From an uncultured Rhizobiaceae group bacterium (GTDB lineage: Bacteria; Pseudomonadota; Alphaproteobacteria; Rhizobiales; Rhizobiaceae), in assembly GCA_937944165.1 (NCBI GenBank), contig CALDZF010000021.1:1-55087 (forward strand): a DNA stretch of 55,087 nt. The letters are read 5' to 3'. Within the stretch, counting starts at the first letter, position 1. Each line of letters begins with the position of its first letter. The notes below the pieces were generated by a model, which worked only from the letters and a program-made list of their open reading frames with translations, made no database searches and was not told the DNA's origin. Positions 1-9,985 of this stretch are shown in pieces. The position numbers and the translations under genes were made by a program.

Positions 1-58
1 TTTTAACAAAGACAATCTTGATGCATGGTTGCGGGAGAATACTGCGCGGAGATAATTT

Positions 59-886
59 ATGGCAATCGAAGTACGACCGATCACCCCTACTGTTGGTGCG
101 GATGTTTATGGCGCTGATCTTAACAATGAAAATGATATTCAGGATATCAAGCAAGCTTTTGTTGATCATTCGGTTATCGCAATCCGCGACTTAAACCTTT
201 CGCCTGAAGAACATCTCAAATTTGCCCGCAAATGGGGAGATATTAATGTTAATCGCTTTTTCAAGCCGGTTGATAACTATCCTGAAATTGCCACGGTTCT
301 GAAAGAGGCTGATCAGGTTACTGCCATTGGCGAAACATGGCATACTGATCATTCCTATGATTTAGCACCTGCCATGTGCTCCATGCTTTATGCTGTTGAA
401 ACCCCCGCTGTGGGTGGGGATACCGCCTTTGCCTCGCAACATGCAGCCTATATGGCCTTGTCTGATGGCATGAAAAAAATGCTTGGTAATTTAAAAGCCT
501 GGCATTCATCGCGTCATGCCTTTGGCGTTAACCTTGCAGACGAAGAAGCCCATGCAGATGGCAGACTTGGTAATGAAGAAAAAGCAAAGCAGGACGCACT
601 TCATCCAGTTGTGATTACCCATCCGCTTTCTGGCAAAAAATGTCTTTATGTCAATGGCGATTTTACAACGCATTTCGATGGCTGGACAAAAGAAGAGTCA
701 CAACCTCTACTCAACCAACTTTACGCCCATTGCTCACGGGCTGATTTTACCTGCCGTATCAGATGGGAACCTGGCACATTAGCCATTTGGGATAATCGTG
801 CACTTCAGCATATGGCTATTAATGACTATTCGGGTCATAGACGCTTGATGCACCGCATAACGATTGAAGGCGTCCCCCTTTCTTAA
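59..886 (+). CDS. TauD/TfdA-family Fe(II)/2-oxoglutarate-dependent dioxygenase
   Basis: 275-aa ORF. HxD iron-ligand context WHTDHSY, GDTAFAS, a distal His in WDNRALQHMA and a C-terminal RRLMHR are typical of taurine-dioxygenase-like enzymes. GGAG lies 7 nt upstream of the ATG. Confidence 0.8.
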   Translation: MAIEVRPITPTVGADVYGADLNNENDIQDIKQAFVDHSVIAIRDLNLSPEEHLKFARKWGDINVNRFFKPVDNYPEIATVLKEADQVTAIGETWHTDHSYDLAPAMCSMLYAVETPAVGGDTAFASQHAAYMALSDGMKKMLGNLKAWHSSRHAFGVNLADEEAHADGRLGNEEKAKQDALHPVVITHPLSGKKCLYVNGDFTTHFDGWTKEESQPLLNQLYAHCSRADFTCRIRWEPGTLAIWDNRALQHMAINDYSGHRRLMHRITIEGVPLS

Positions 887-913
887 AGTGCTAATTTGGC
901 CTAAATAAGTAAC

Positions 914-2098
914 ATGTTTTTACCATTTTTTCTTAAACTCAAAGAAGCCAAAATCCCTGTAACCTTACGGGAGTTTCTCACTTTGCTTGAAGCCATGGAA
1001 AAGAATCTTGTCACCTATGACATTGAAGGTTTTTATTATCTGGCACGTAGTGCGCTTGTGAAAGATGAACGCAATTTGGATCGCTTTGACATAGTCTTTT
1101 CCGAAAGTTTCAAAGGGGTTGAGCGTATTGCAGGAACAGAGGGCATAGACCAGGTTGAGCTGCCAGAAGAGTGGCTTCGCAAAATGACGGAGAAGCATCT
1201 TTCCAAAGAAGAGATGAAGGAAATAGAAGCTATTGGCGGTTGGGAAAAGCTCATGGAGACGCTGAAACAACGCCTTGAAGAACAGCATAAGCGCCATCAA
1301 GGGGGGGCCAAGATGATAGGCACCGCTGGTACTTCACCCTTTGGGGCTTATGGCTATAACCCAGAAGGGGTTCGAATTGGCCAACACGAAAGCCGTCATC
1401 GCCGTGCGGTGAAAGTATGGGATAAGCGCGAGTTTAAAAATCTCGATGACAGCGTTGAACTGGGAACACGCAACATTAAGGTAGCCTTAAAACGTTTACG
1501 CCGATGGGTACGTGATGGTGCAGTTGAAGAGTTGGATTTAAACAATACCATCAAGGCCACAGCAGAAAACGGTTATCTCGATGTAAAAACCAGACCAGAG
1601 CGACGCAATGCCGTAAAGGTTTTATTGTTTTTGGACATTGGCGGCTCAATGGATGATCACGTCAAACTGGTTGAAGAGCTTTTTTCTGCAGCCAGAATAG
1701 AGCTTAAAAACCTTGAATATTTCTACTTCCACAATTGCCTTTATGAGGGTGTGTGGAAAGACAATAAACGCCGCCACAATGAACGCATGTCAACTTGGGA
1801 TGTCTTGCATACCTATGGTTCTGATTACAAGATTATCTTCGTAGGCGATGCTGCTATGAGCCCTTATGAGGTGGTTTATCCAGGTGGCTCGGTCGAGCAT
1901 TGGAATGAAGAATCTGGTGAAGTCTGGTTGCGTCGCGCTCTTGATAAATGGAACAACGCTATATGGCTAAACCCGGTTGAAGAACGCGTTTGGAAATATA
2001 CTCAATCAACCCAGATGATTAATCAATTGTTTGCAGGCCGGATGTTTCCTATGACCCTATCGGGGCTGGATCAAGGTTTGAAAGAACTCTCGCATTAG
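914..2098 (+). CDS. VWA-domain protein, CoxE-like (COG3552-type)
   Basis: 394-aa ORF. The C-terminal half has a VWA-like core (VLLFLDIGGSMDDH ... IIFVGDAAM). The N-terminus MFLPFFLKLKEAKIPVTLREFL is typical of this family. Confidence 0.6.
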   Translation: MFLPFFLKLKEAKIPVTLREFLTLLEAMEKNLVTYDIEGFYYLARSALVKDERNLDRFDIVFSESFKGVERIAGTEGIDQVELPEEWLRKMTEKHLSKEEMKEIEAIGGWEKLMETLKQRLEEQHKRHQGGAKMIGTAGTSPFGAYGYNPEGVRIGQHESRHRRAVKVWDKREFKNLDDSVELGTRNIKVALKRLRRWVRDGAVEELDLNNTIKATAENGYLDVKTRPERRNAVKVLLFLDIGGSMDDHVKLVEELFSAARIELKNLEYFYFHNCLYEGVWKDNKRRHNERMSTWDVLHTYGSDYKIIFVGDAAMSPYEVVYPGGSVEHWNEESGEVWLRRALDKWNNAIWLNPVEERVWKYTQSTQMINQLFAGRMFPMTLSGLDQGLKELSH

Positions 2099-2104
2099 AT
2101 AATA

Positions 2105-2137
2105 ATAAAAAACCCGACACATAAGGTCGGGTTTTAA
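2105..2137. terminator. Bidirectional rho-independent terminator between the VWA gene and bioY
   Basis: Stem AACCCGAC (2111-2118) pairs with GTCGGGTT (2126-2133) around a 7-nt loop. An A-run lies on the left and a T-run on the right, so it can serve both convergent genes. Confidence 0.7.
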
Positions 2138-2157
2138 AAGTGATATGAGATAGATTT

Positions 2158-2745
2158 TTACTTCTTCATCAAACTTGCGATTGCAGGAACTGAAAGCGAA
2201 GCGAGCACTGCTTTTACAATATCTGCCAAGATGAATGGCTGAACACCATATTTCCAAGCCCCTTCAAACCCCAAAAGATTGCCGCTTGAACCAATGAATA
2301 CAAACCCAAGCCAGTAAGCGCCTAAAGCGTAGATTACCAAAGTACCAAGCAGAGTTGCCCCAATCAGCGCAAGAATGTTCTTTGAACTTACTTGATCTGC
2401 AACATAGCCAACAATTGCCACTGCAATTACAAAGCCTGCCAGATAACCAGCTGTAGGGCCTGCAAAATAGGCAGGTCCTGCCGCAAGGCCAGCAAAAACT
2501 GGAGCTCCCATCAATCCTGCTGCCAGATAGGCAAGAATAGTTGTTAAACCAAGTCGAAGGCCATAAGCTGCCGCAAGACCCATAATTGCAAGCGTTTGCA
2601 AAGTGACTGGCACTGGCCAAAACGGCACTTGAATTTTTGCAGAGATTGCAATCAATGAAACACCGAAGGCAACCATTACTGCCATGGTAAGCCACTTCAA
2701 AGATGAGTTGGCAATTGAACGGGGGGCTAAAGCATTTGCTGACAT
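2158..2745 (-). CDS. bioY: Biotin transporter BioY (ECF S-component)
   Basis: 195-aa polytopic membrane protein. KIQVPFWPVPVTLQTLAIM...GAPVFAG matches the BioY signature region. Confidence 0.85.
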   Translation of the reverse strand: MSANALAPRSIANSSLKWLTMAVMVAFGVSLIAISAKIQVPFWPVPVTLQTLAIMGLAAAYGLRLGLTTILAYLAAGLMGAPVFAGLAAGPAYFAGPTAGYLAGFVIAVAIVGYVADQVSSKNILALIGATLLGTLVIYALGAYWLGFVFIGSSGNLLGFEGAWKYGVQPFILADIVKAVLASLSVPAIASLMKK

Positions 2746-2839
2746 TTTATATAAATCCCTGTAGATAAAAATTGGTTATAAAAGGTATATTAGTTAATAC
2801 CATCGTGTTCAAGCACTCAAAATTGCATTAAGGGATTTC

Positions 2840-3754
2840 ATGACTTCACCTTCTTTCCGAACAAAATTTGATCCTGAGCATGGCAATGCTGTTAATATAG
2901 CCGATGGCATCCAGCGCATCACCGCCCCTAACGAAAGTGCTTTTACTTATAAAGGCACGAATACCTATATTTTAGGTAACGACCAAGTTGCAGTCATTGA
3001 CCCTGGCCCTGCGATTAAAAACCATTTTGAATTACTTCTTGAAACGCTGAAAGGACGAACAGTCAGCCATATTGTAGTTACACATACACATATGGATCAT
3101 TCTCCACTCGCATCTTCCTTAAAGGAAAAAACAGGGGCTCCCATATTTGCAGAGGGGCCACATCGTAATTCACGCGAATTGCACTTGGGCGAGATTAATT
3201 CCCTTGATGCGGCAGCTGATCGCGATTTTAAAGCAGATGTCATTTTAAAACATGGCGATATAATCGAAGGAAAAGATTGGGCATTGGAAACCATTCTAAC
3301 ACCTGGCCATACTCAGAACCATGCTTGTTTTGCAATAAAAGATACCAACATACTGTTTTCTGGTGACCATGTCATGAGTTGGGCAACTTCCATTGTTGCA
3401 CCACCAGATGGTTCAATGGCGGATTACATGAATTCACTCTCCATTATGATGGAACGCAAAGAAACGATTTATTTTCCAGGTCATGGGGGAAGACTTGAAA
3501 AAGCGCCAGAGTTTGTGCGTGCACTTCGCGCTCATCGAAAAATGCGTGAGACTGCCGTTTTATCACGCATCCGAGCAGGAGATAAAACCATTCCAGACAT
3601 TGTAAAAGTTATTTACAAGGAAACAGACCCTCGCCTTCATGGGGCAGCAGGGTTATCGGTTTTTGCTCATATTGAGGATTTAGTTCAGCAAGGCAGGGTT
3701 CTATGTGATGGCGCCCCATCACTCAATAGTATTTACACGTCAGTCCCTGTTTAA
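2840..3754 (+). CDS. MBL-fold metallo-hydrolase
   Basis: 304 aa with the HxHxDH motif (THTHMDHS), a downstream TPGHT and GDHV. Confidence 0.8.
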   Translation: MTSPSFRTKFDPEHGNAVNIADGIQRITAPNESAFTYKGTNTYILGNDQVAVIDPGPAIKNHFELLLETLKGRTVSHIVVTHTHMDHSPLASSLKEKTGAPIFAEGPHRNSRELHLGEINSLDAAADRDFKADVILKHGDIIEGKDWALETILTPGHTQNHACFAIKDTNILFSGDHVMSWATSIVAPPDGSMADYMNSLSIMMERKETIYFPGHGGRLEKAPEFVRALRAHRKMRETAVLSRIRAGDKTIPDIVKVIYKETDPRLHGAAGLSVFAHIEDLVQQGRVLCDGAPSLNSIYTSVPV

Positions 3755-4641
3755 CCTTCGCCTGCAATACCCAGTAAAGCTGCATCTAATTGTTGCAAAA
3801 AGCCTTCTATCAATTTTGCATTATACCCAAAATCATGTCTGCCCCAACGCGCTGAGGAACGAACGTCAACAAGTGTATTTCTATCTTCGCTTACAATGCG
3901 AATTACAACATCATTTTCAAAACCAAACACTATAGTACGTTCAATTACTTCGATAAAAATATCGTCTGGTGCTGCAATATTATCTTCAAGGTCACTATCA
4001 TCTTCTGGTTTTGGCTGTTCGTTATCTGCAAGTTGGCTGACATTTTCAGTATCCGAACCGGTTTTAATTTCAGGAACACCCTCTGAGCCTGTTAACAACC
4101 ATTCGTTTTCATCAATAATATTGCGTACTGCTTGCAAAACACGTTCTGGCCCAGCGGGGTATCGCCTTGATTGCAGTTTTGGATAAGCAAGGATCATTTT
4201 CTTTGCGTAGTCATCATCATATTCAATAACCGGGTTCATGCCCTTACTTGCACTGCGGTCACGAACTTCAACAGCACTGATATACTCAGGCGGATTTAGC
4301 ATATCGGTTGAAACATCGTTTGCCAAAGGAAATTGAAGAGCCAAGAAAGATTGATATCCAAATGGCATTAATATAAGCAATGCAATTGTCATTCCACGCA
4401 CCACTTGTGACCCACCACGGTACCCTTTAGACCAAAGTTCATTAATTGCTTTAAGTGCAAAAACAATGGAAAGCAACGCAACTAAAAAACCAACAGCAAT
4501 CAAAATCAACATCTGTACTGTGTCAATTTTAGCAAATCTGTATAGTAATATGACAAGTATGAAGAATGGGATTAGAAATATTGCTAACCTTTGACACCAA
4601 ATAGCCGCTTTGGAGCGGCGTTCTTCATAATATCCAGACAT
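3751..4641 (-). CDS. Membrane protein with C-terminal DUF1499-like domain
   Basis: 296 aa with three N-terminal TM helices and a soluble C-terminus (VVIRIVSEDRNTLVDVRSSARWGRHDFGYNAKLIEGFL) resembling DUF1499. Its stop codon overlaps the stop of the convergent MBL gene within TTAA. Confidence 0.5.
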   Translation of the reverse strand: MSGYYEERRSKAAIWCQRLAIFLIPFFILVILLYRFAKIDTVQMLILIAVGFLVALLSIVFALKAINELWSKGYRGGSQVVRGMTIALLILMPFGYQSFLALQFPLANDVSTDMLNPPEYISAVEVRDRSASKGMNPVIEYDDDYAKKMILAYPKLQSRRYPAGPERVLQAVRNIIDENEWLLTGSEGVPEIKTGSDTENVSQLADNEQPKPEDDSDLEDNIAAPDDIFIEVIERTIVFGFENDVVIRIVSEDRNTLVDVRSSARWGRHDFGYNAKLIEGFLQQLDAALLGIAGEG

Positions 4642-4736
4642 AACTTTTAGCTCTTAATGTTATCAGTTAATCCTATGTCGCGTCTTTATGCATATGGAGC
4701 AAGCATTTTGTGTGACCCAAGACCGATTAATTCAAT

Positions 4737-5438
4737 CTAAGTTGCTTTTAAAGCGTTTGGTAGCTCTGCAATTGAGGCTAAAACCATATCAGCATGGGGT
4801 AGTAATTCTGCACGTGTTGCAGGGCCTGTTTCAACAGCACAGGTTTTAACGCCTGCCGCCTTGCCTGCCTGCATATCATGGATGCTATCACCTACCATTA
4901 AAACTTGGTGTGGCTTAAGACCTAAACTCTCTACAAAAGCATCAATCATACCAGATTGAGGTTTTGCGCCATAGCCTGAGTCAGCGCCTGAAATACTTTC
5001 AAAAAGATGATCAATATCCAAAGCTTCCATTTGGTTTATGGCGTTTTCTTCCGAGTCATTCGTTCCAACACCTAAAACAAAGCCAGCCTCATCCAAAGCT
5101 TCCAAAGCAGGCTTTACACCTGATAAAAGTTCTACTGTATTGAGACAAATCTCTCCAAACATTTCGTCAAGCCCAGTACCATATTCTTCTACATCATCAA
5201 TAGGTAAAACACTTGATAGGGTTTCAGCAATATCAATACCTGTACCTGCTATGATAACTGATTTATTGCCAATCGTATTAGTTGATAAATTATAGTCTAC
5301 CGCTTCAGCGGCAAGCTCCAAAAGTTGCGGATCACCTTGACAAATTTCGTCAAGAACCAGTTTTGTAGCCTTGTTAAACGTAGCACTAAAATCTGCAATA
5401 GTGCCATCTTTGTCAAAAATGATTGCCTTGATATCCAT
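4737..5438 (-). CDS. HAD-superfamily hydrolase (phosphoglycolate phosphatase-like)
   Basis: HAD motif I DKDGT follows the internal ATG directly (MDIKAIIFDKDGTIADF); motif IV is VGDSIHDMQAG. The longer track ORF begins with TTG at 5495, so I prefer the ATG at 5438. Confidence 0.7.
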   Translation of the reverse strand: MDIKAIIFDKDGTIADFSATFNKATKLVLDEICQGDPQLLELAAEAVDYNLSTNTIGNKSVIIAGTGIDIAETLSSVLPIDDVEEYGTGLDEMFGEICLNTVELLSGVKPALEALDEAGFVLGVGTNDSEENAINQMEALDIDHLFESISGADSGYGAKPQSGMIDAFVESLGLKPHQVLMVGDSIHDMQAGKAAGVKTCAVETGPATRAELLPHADMVLASIAELPNALKAT

Positions 5439-5523
5439 ATCAACCCCGAAAGTTTCTCCAAAAATATCTTTGACAGTTTTCTGCACCTTTGACAAACATC
5501 TAATCTAATGGAGACGAACATTA

Positions 5524-6432
5524 ATGGGCGAGTATTTTGTAAACCTAGCGGGTACAGAGCATGGCGAAAGACTTGCATTTATTCTGGCACTTGTTTCTGC
5601 CCTCGCCCATTCAATATTTGCAGCCATTAACAAAGGAGGAATAGATCCCTACTTAAACCGAGGTGCAATTAATGTTGCTTATTCAATTATGGCAGCACCT
5701 TTTGCTTTATATGTTTTTCCTTTACCAAGTCCGCTTGTATTTCAAATTTTAATTCTCTCTTATATCTTGCATCTAGGCTATGAATGGCTTCAGGCAGCGG
5801 CATTTTCCAAAGGTGCGTTTACGCTTGTATATCCTATTGCAAGGGGCATTGGGCCACTTTTTACTGCACTCATTGCCATATCCCTTTTTGCCGAGGCATT
5901 GGAAGTAAGCCAGTGGTTTGGTCTTGTATTGTTATCAAGTGCCGTCATTTCATTGGCATATGTAAACTTGCAAGAAAAAGGGTTGAGCAAAGAACTTAAG
6001 GCAAGTCTTATGCCTTCAATTTTATTGGCAGTTGGCGCAGGTATCGCGGTCGCGCTTTATACAACTGTTGATGCTTATGGCATCCGCAAGACTTTTAACC
6101 CATTTACCTTTCTTGCGTGGTTCTTCTTTTTAGGTGGCTTTGGCTTTCCATTTATTGCTTATATGCGGTATCAAAAAATGGCGATTAAACCTTCCCTTCC
6201 ACCATTAATCAAACGCGGGATAATTGGTGCTTTTATAGCGCTGTTTTCCTTCGCAACACTGATGCTGGCAACCCGAATTGGCAAAGTCAGTGAAGCCGCC
6301 GCATTGCGCGAGACATCGATTATCTTTGCAGGAATTATTGGTGTGATTTTCTTTAAAGAAAAGCTCAGCTCGACAAAAGTGACAGTCATTAGCCTTATTG
6401 CTCTTGGAGCAATATTAATTGAATTTCATTAG
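5524..6432 (+). CDS. DMT/EamA-family transporter
   Basis: 302 aa with about 10 predicted TM helices arranged as two EamA-like halves. Confidence 0.7.
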   Translation: MGEYFVNLAGTEHGERLAFILALVSALAHSIFAAINKGGIDPYLNRGAINVAYSIMAAPFALYVFPLPSPLVFQILILSYILHLGYEWLQAAAFSKGAFTLVYPIARGIGPLFTALIAISLFAEALEVSQWFGLVLLSSAVISLAYVNLQEKGLSKELKASLMPSILLAVGAGIAVALYTTVDAYGIRKTFNPFTFLAWFFFLGGFGFPFIAYMRYQKMAIKPSLPPLIKRGIIGAFIALFSFATLMLATRIGKVSEAAALRETSIIFAGIIGVIFFKEKLSSTKVTVISLIALGAILIEFH

Positions 6433-6437
6433 AGAAT

Positions 6438-9400
6438 TTAAGCAGTTTCGCGAAGTTTTTCTGCTTCTTCCAGGTTCACAGAAACGAGCTGACTAACCCC
6501 GCGCTCTGCCATTGTTACACCAAACATACGATCCATGCGCGCCATGGTGATCGGGTTATGCGTAATCAGTACAAACTTTGTATCAGTCGTGGCAGACATT
6601 TCGTCCATCAAATTACAAAAGCGCTCAACATTATGATCATCAAGTGGTGCATCAACCTCGTCAAGCACACAAATTGGTGCAGGATTGGTCAAAAAAACCG
6701 CAAAGATTAGTGCCATAGCTGTTAGCGCTTGTTCACCACCAGAAAGAAGCGTCATGGTTTGAGGTTTTTTGCCTGGCGGACGCGCCAAAATCTCAAGACC
6801 TGCTTCTAGTGGATCATCAGATTCAACCAGTTGAAGCTCCGCAGTACCACCACCAAACAGATGCGTGAAGAGGCGCTTGAATTCTGTATTTACAACTTCA
6901 AAAGCTTCTAGCAGGCGCTCACGGCCTTCTTTATTCAGGCTTTGAATACCCGTGCGTAATTTAGCAATTGCTTCAATTAAATCATCACGCTCAGTTATAA
7001 TTGTAGTACGTTTTTCTTCGATTTCAGTTTGCTCGGTATCAGCACGCAAGTTTACAGCACCCAAACGCTCACGTTCTGCTTTTTGGCGTTCCAGCTTGCT
7101 TTCTATCTTGTCAATTTCAGGTAGCTTATCATCCGGTTTAACTTCCGCCATAGCCATTGTGTCAGCTGGGTGACATTCAAGCTCTTCGCGTATGCGTGCT
7201 TCAACTTCTATCCGGCGTTCTTTTGCAGCATTTAAACGCTCTTCTGAACGACCTACTTTTTCACGCGCGTCTGCCAGATCGTCAATAGACTGGCGTGCAG
7301 CACGAGAGGCTTCTGCAAGTGTTGTTTCAGCTTTTGCCAAAATATCTGCAGCTTCACTTCTATTGATCTCAGCTTGTTCAAGCTGGTTCATTAAATCACG
7401 TCTTTTTGCAGCAAATTCATCTGGAGCATCTGCAAGTTTGGTTATTTCTGCAACCGTTTCATTACGGCGTTTGGCCAGCGTTTCAATTTGCTTTCCTGCA
7501 TTAAGCAAGCGGTTTTGCCAATTTTGGCGCTCTGTTTGAATAACTTCAAGACGTCGCCCCCTGGCTTCTGCATCTCTCGATAGGCCTTGAGAAGCAGCTC
7601 TGGCTTCTGCAAGCCGTGCCCTATCCTCTGCAACTTTCATACGAAGCGCTTCAAGTTCTGCATCTGACGCACTCATATCGACCATTGCCATTAGTGTACT
7701 GTCTGTTTCTACAACACGCTTTTCAGTCTCGCTTAAATCATCTGCAAGTCGGCTTTTGGCTTCTTCCAGTGCAGAACGTTTTGCAGCTAATTGACTCACA
7801 GAACGCTCAGCCAAAGTTAGCGCTTCACGAGCATCCGCCAAGGTACGTTGATGCAATCGAATTGCATCGCGTGCTTGTAATTCAGCTTCAATCAAATCAG
7901 CAGTTTTTTGTTTACCCTTGTCATAAGCATCTTGTGCAGCATTGACCTTTTCTCGAGCTTCAAGCGAAAGTTTATCAAGCTCAATCAATCGGTTTTTTTG
8001 TGCAAGTCGCAAAGCCGCAGCAGTTGGTGCTTCAGCACTTGCCACAAACCCATCCCAGCGCCATAAATCGCCTTCGATTGAAACTATCCGCTGACCTGGT
8101 TTAAGTTGCTTGGCAATCTCATCCCCTCGGATTTTGTCTACAACACCAATTTGAGCCAAGCGCCGCGATAATTCCATTGGCGCTTTTACAAGCGTACTTA
8201 AATTCTTAACGCCATCTGGAAGGCTTGCATCTTGCGATCCATCGCCAGCTATGCCCCAGTGGACGGGTGCTGTTTCTTCTATAGAAATATCAAGATCTTC
8301 GCCCAAAGCTGCACCCAGTGCAGCTTCATAGCCTGGCTCAACATCCATGCGTTCAACCACTGCGGGAAAAAGATCTTCTCCACCACGGTTTAAAATTTGT
8401 CTCAAAGTACGCGCTTCCGTTTCAAGTTCACGTAAATTACCTTCCGCTTGCTCTAGCGGGGTACGTGCTTCTTGTTCTTGAACACGTGCATGCTGTGTTG
8501 CTTCTTCTGCAGAAGTTAATGCCAGTTCAATTGTCTGCGTCAAAGCTTCCAGTTTTGAGACTTCTTCTTGCCTTGCCGCAGGGCCTTCAAGACCCGATAT
8601 TTCTGCAATAATTGCTGCTAAATCTGTTTCAACTGTTTTTGCCTGTTCTTCAATACGTGTTTTGCGTGTTTGCGCCTCTTCCAGTGTACGCTTTAATTGA
8701 CTACGACGAGCATTTTCATCGGCAAGTTTAACGGTTAGATCAGAAAATGCTGCCTCACTTTTTCCAAGTGCATCGGTTGCAGATGAAAGCTCTTCTTTAG
8801 ATTTGATTTCTGTTTCACCGACACGACGGCTTGCTTCTTCAAGTTCAGCCTGCTCACCATCGAGATTTTTAATGGTAAGCTCGTTATCAGTTACAATATG
8901 TTCTTCGCGTTTAAGATCGCTCTCCAATTGCGTAAGGCGGCTTTCAAGTTCGCTTTTGCGGCCTTCAAGTCTTGCCACTTCTTCTTCAACTTGACCTTTG
9001 GCAATCTGCAAACGTTGGAGTATCGCTGCATTTTTGGCTTCTTCATCGCGAAGGCCTGGAAGTTTTTGCGCTGCGATTGCTTCTACCTTGGCAAAATTAG
9101 CCTGAATTTCTGCTCGCTCACCCATCGCTAAATTAAAGGCCGACAGAGCGCTTTCAGCTTCAGCTTCGCTGGCTTTTGCAGATACCCATCTAAGATGGAA
9201 TAAAAGTGCTTCAGTTTTACGAATATCACCAGAAAGATTACGATAACGGTTCGCTTGTCTTGCTTGTCGTTTCAAACTTTCAAGCTGGCTTTCTAATTGA
9301 CCAACAACATCATCCAAACGTTCAAGATTGCTTTCTGATGCGCGCAAGCGCAATTCTGCTTCATGGCGGCGTGAATGCAACCCTGAAATGCCTGCTGCCT

Positions 9401-9896
9401 CTTCCAAAAGAGCACGTCTTGCAACTGGTTTTGCAGAGATTAGTTCACCAATTCGCCCTTGCCCAACCATTGAAGGTGAACGAGCACCAGTAGAGGCATC
9501 TGCAAACAGAAGTTGCACGTCTTTTGCACGAACATCTTTGCCATTTATGCGGTAAACGGAACCTGATTCGCGCTCTATCCTGCGTGAAACTTGTAATTCA
9601 TCGGCGTCATTAAAGGCAGCTGGAGCGGTTCTATCCACATTATCAAGAAAGAGCGATACTTCTGCTGTATTACGCGCTGGGCGATTGCCAGAACCAGAAA
9701 AAATCACATCATCCATTGCGGAAGCACGCATGTTTTTATAGGAGTTCTCACCCATAATCCAGCGAAGCGCCTCAACCAGGTTGGATTTGCCACAACCATT
9801 GGGACCCACAACACCAGTTAGACCATTTTCAATAAGAAATTCAGTAGGTTCAACGAATGATTTAAAACCAAGAAGGCGAAGCTTATTAAATTTCAA
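6438..9896 (-). CDS. smc: Chromosome segregation protein SMC
   Basis: 1152 aa. Walker A GPNGCGKSN, long coiled coils, a hinge, signature LSGGEQ and Walker B CVLDEVDAPLD. The start codon is TTG, giving the canonical N-terminus MKFNKLRLLGFKSF. Confidence 0.95.
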   Translation of the reverse strand: MKFNKLRLLGFKSFVEPTEFLIENGLTGVVGPNGCGKSNLVEALRWIMGENSYKNMRASAMDDVIFSGSGNRPARNTAEVSLFLDNVDRTAPAAFNDADELQVSRRIERESGSVYRINGKDVRAKDVQLLFADASTGARSPSMVGQGRIGELISAKPVARRALLEEAAGISGLHSRRHEAELRLRASESNLERLDDVVGQLESQLESLKRQARQANRYRNLSGDIRKTEALLFHLRWVSAKASEAEAESALSAFNLAMGERAEIQANFAKVEAIAAQKLPGLRDEEAKNAAILQRLQIAKGQVEEEVARLEGRKSELESRLTQLESDLKREEHIVTDNELTIKNLDGEQAELEEASRRVGETEIKSKEELSSATDALGKSEAAFSDLTVKLADENARRSQLKRTLEEAQTRKTRIEEQAKTVETDLAAIIAEISGLEGPAARQEEVSKLEALTQTIELALTSAEEATQHARVQEQEARTPLEQAEGNLRELETEARTLRQILNRGGEDLFPAVVERMDVEPGYEAALGAALGEDLDISIEETAPVHWGIAGDGSQDASLPDGVKNLSTLVKAPMELSRRLAQIGVVDKIRGDEIAKQLKPGQRIVSIEGDLWRWDGFVASAEAPTAAALRLAQKNRLIELDKLSLEAREKVNAAQDAYDKGKQKTADLIEAELQARDAIRLHQRTLADAREALTLAERSVSQLAAKRSALEEAKSRLADDLSETEKRVVETDSTLMAMVDMSASDAELEALRMKVAEDRARLAEARAASQGLSRDAEARGRRLEVIQTERQNWQNRLLNAGKQIETLAKRRNETVAEITKLADAPDEFAAKRRDLMNQLEQAEINRSEAADILAKAETTLAEASRAARQSIDDLADAREKVGRSEERLNAAKERRIEVEARIREELECHPADTMAMAEVKPDDKLPEIDKIESKLERQKAERERLGAVNLRADTEQTEIEEKRTTIITERDDLIEAIAKLRTGIQSLNKEGRERLLEAFEVVNTEFKRLFTHLFGGGTAELQLVESDDPLEAGLEILARPPGKKPQTMTLLSGGEQALTAMALIFAVFLTNPAPICVLDEVDAPLDDHNVERFCNLMDEMSATTDTKFVLITHNPITMARMDRMFGVTMAERGVSQLVSVNLEEAEKLRETA

Positions 9897-9911
9897 CGGC
9901 TCGTCTCCGCA

Positions 9912-9948
9912 TTAAAAAACGGGCTAAAGTCAAAGCTTTGCCCGTTAG
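9912..9948 (-). terminator. Rho-independent terminator downstream of the DsbA-like gene
   Basis: On the minus strand the sequence is AACGGGCAAAGCTTTGACTTTAGCCCGTT followed by TTTTAAT. Arms are 9918-9924 / 9940-9946, with an inner AAAG/CTTT extension. Confidence 0.65.
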
Positions 9949-9985
9949 AGTTTTTACAATTTCAGTAAAAAAAAGACGTAAAAGA

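Noticed and set aside
2747-2768. Possible BioR operator (TTATMKATAA) upstream of bioY: TTATATAAAT and CTGTAGATAA.
   Set aside because: Both candidates match only 8 of 10 positions in a very AT-rich region. This cannot be distinguished from chance without a genome-wide profile.
4718-4737. Degenerate matches to the dispersed repeat: CAAGACCGATTAATTCAATC (15 of 20 positions). A second lies at 39542-39565, ACCTTTAATTATTGATAAAAAT, which needs indels to align.
   Set aside because: The similarity is too weak to call without a statistical model, so they are not listed as features.
6952-9555. Numerous 60-115-aa ORFs on the plus strand inside smc (for example 7192-7539, 7616-7945 and 8318-8611).
   Set aside because: They lie antisense to an unambiguous 1152-aa SMC gene. 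Their Ser/Leu/Ala-rich low-complexity translations are what the reverse complement of coiled-coil (Glu/Ala/Leu/Arg) codons produces. No start context or motifs are present.
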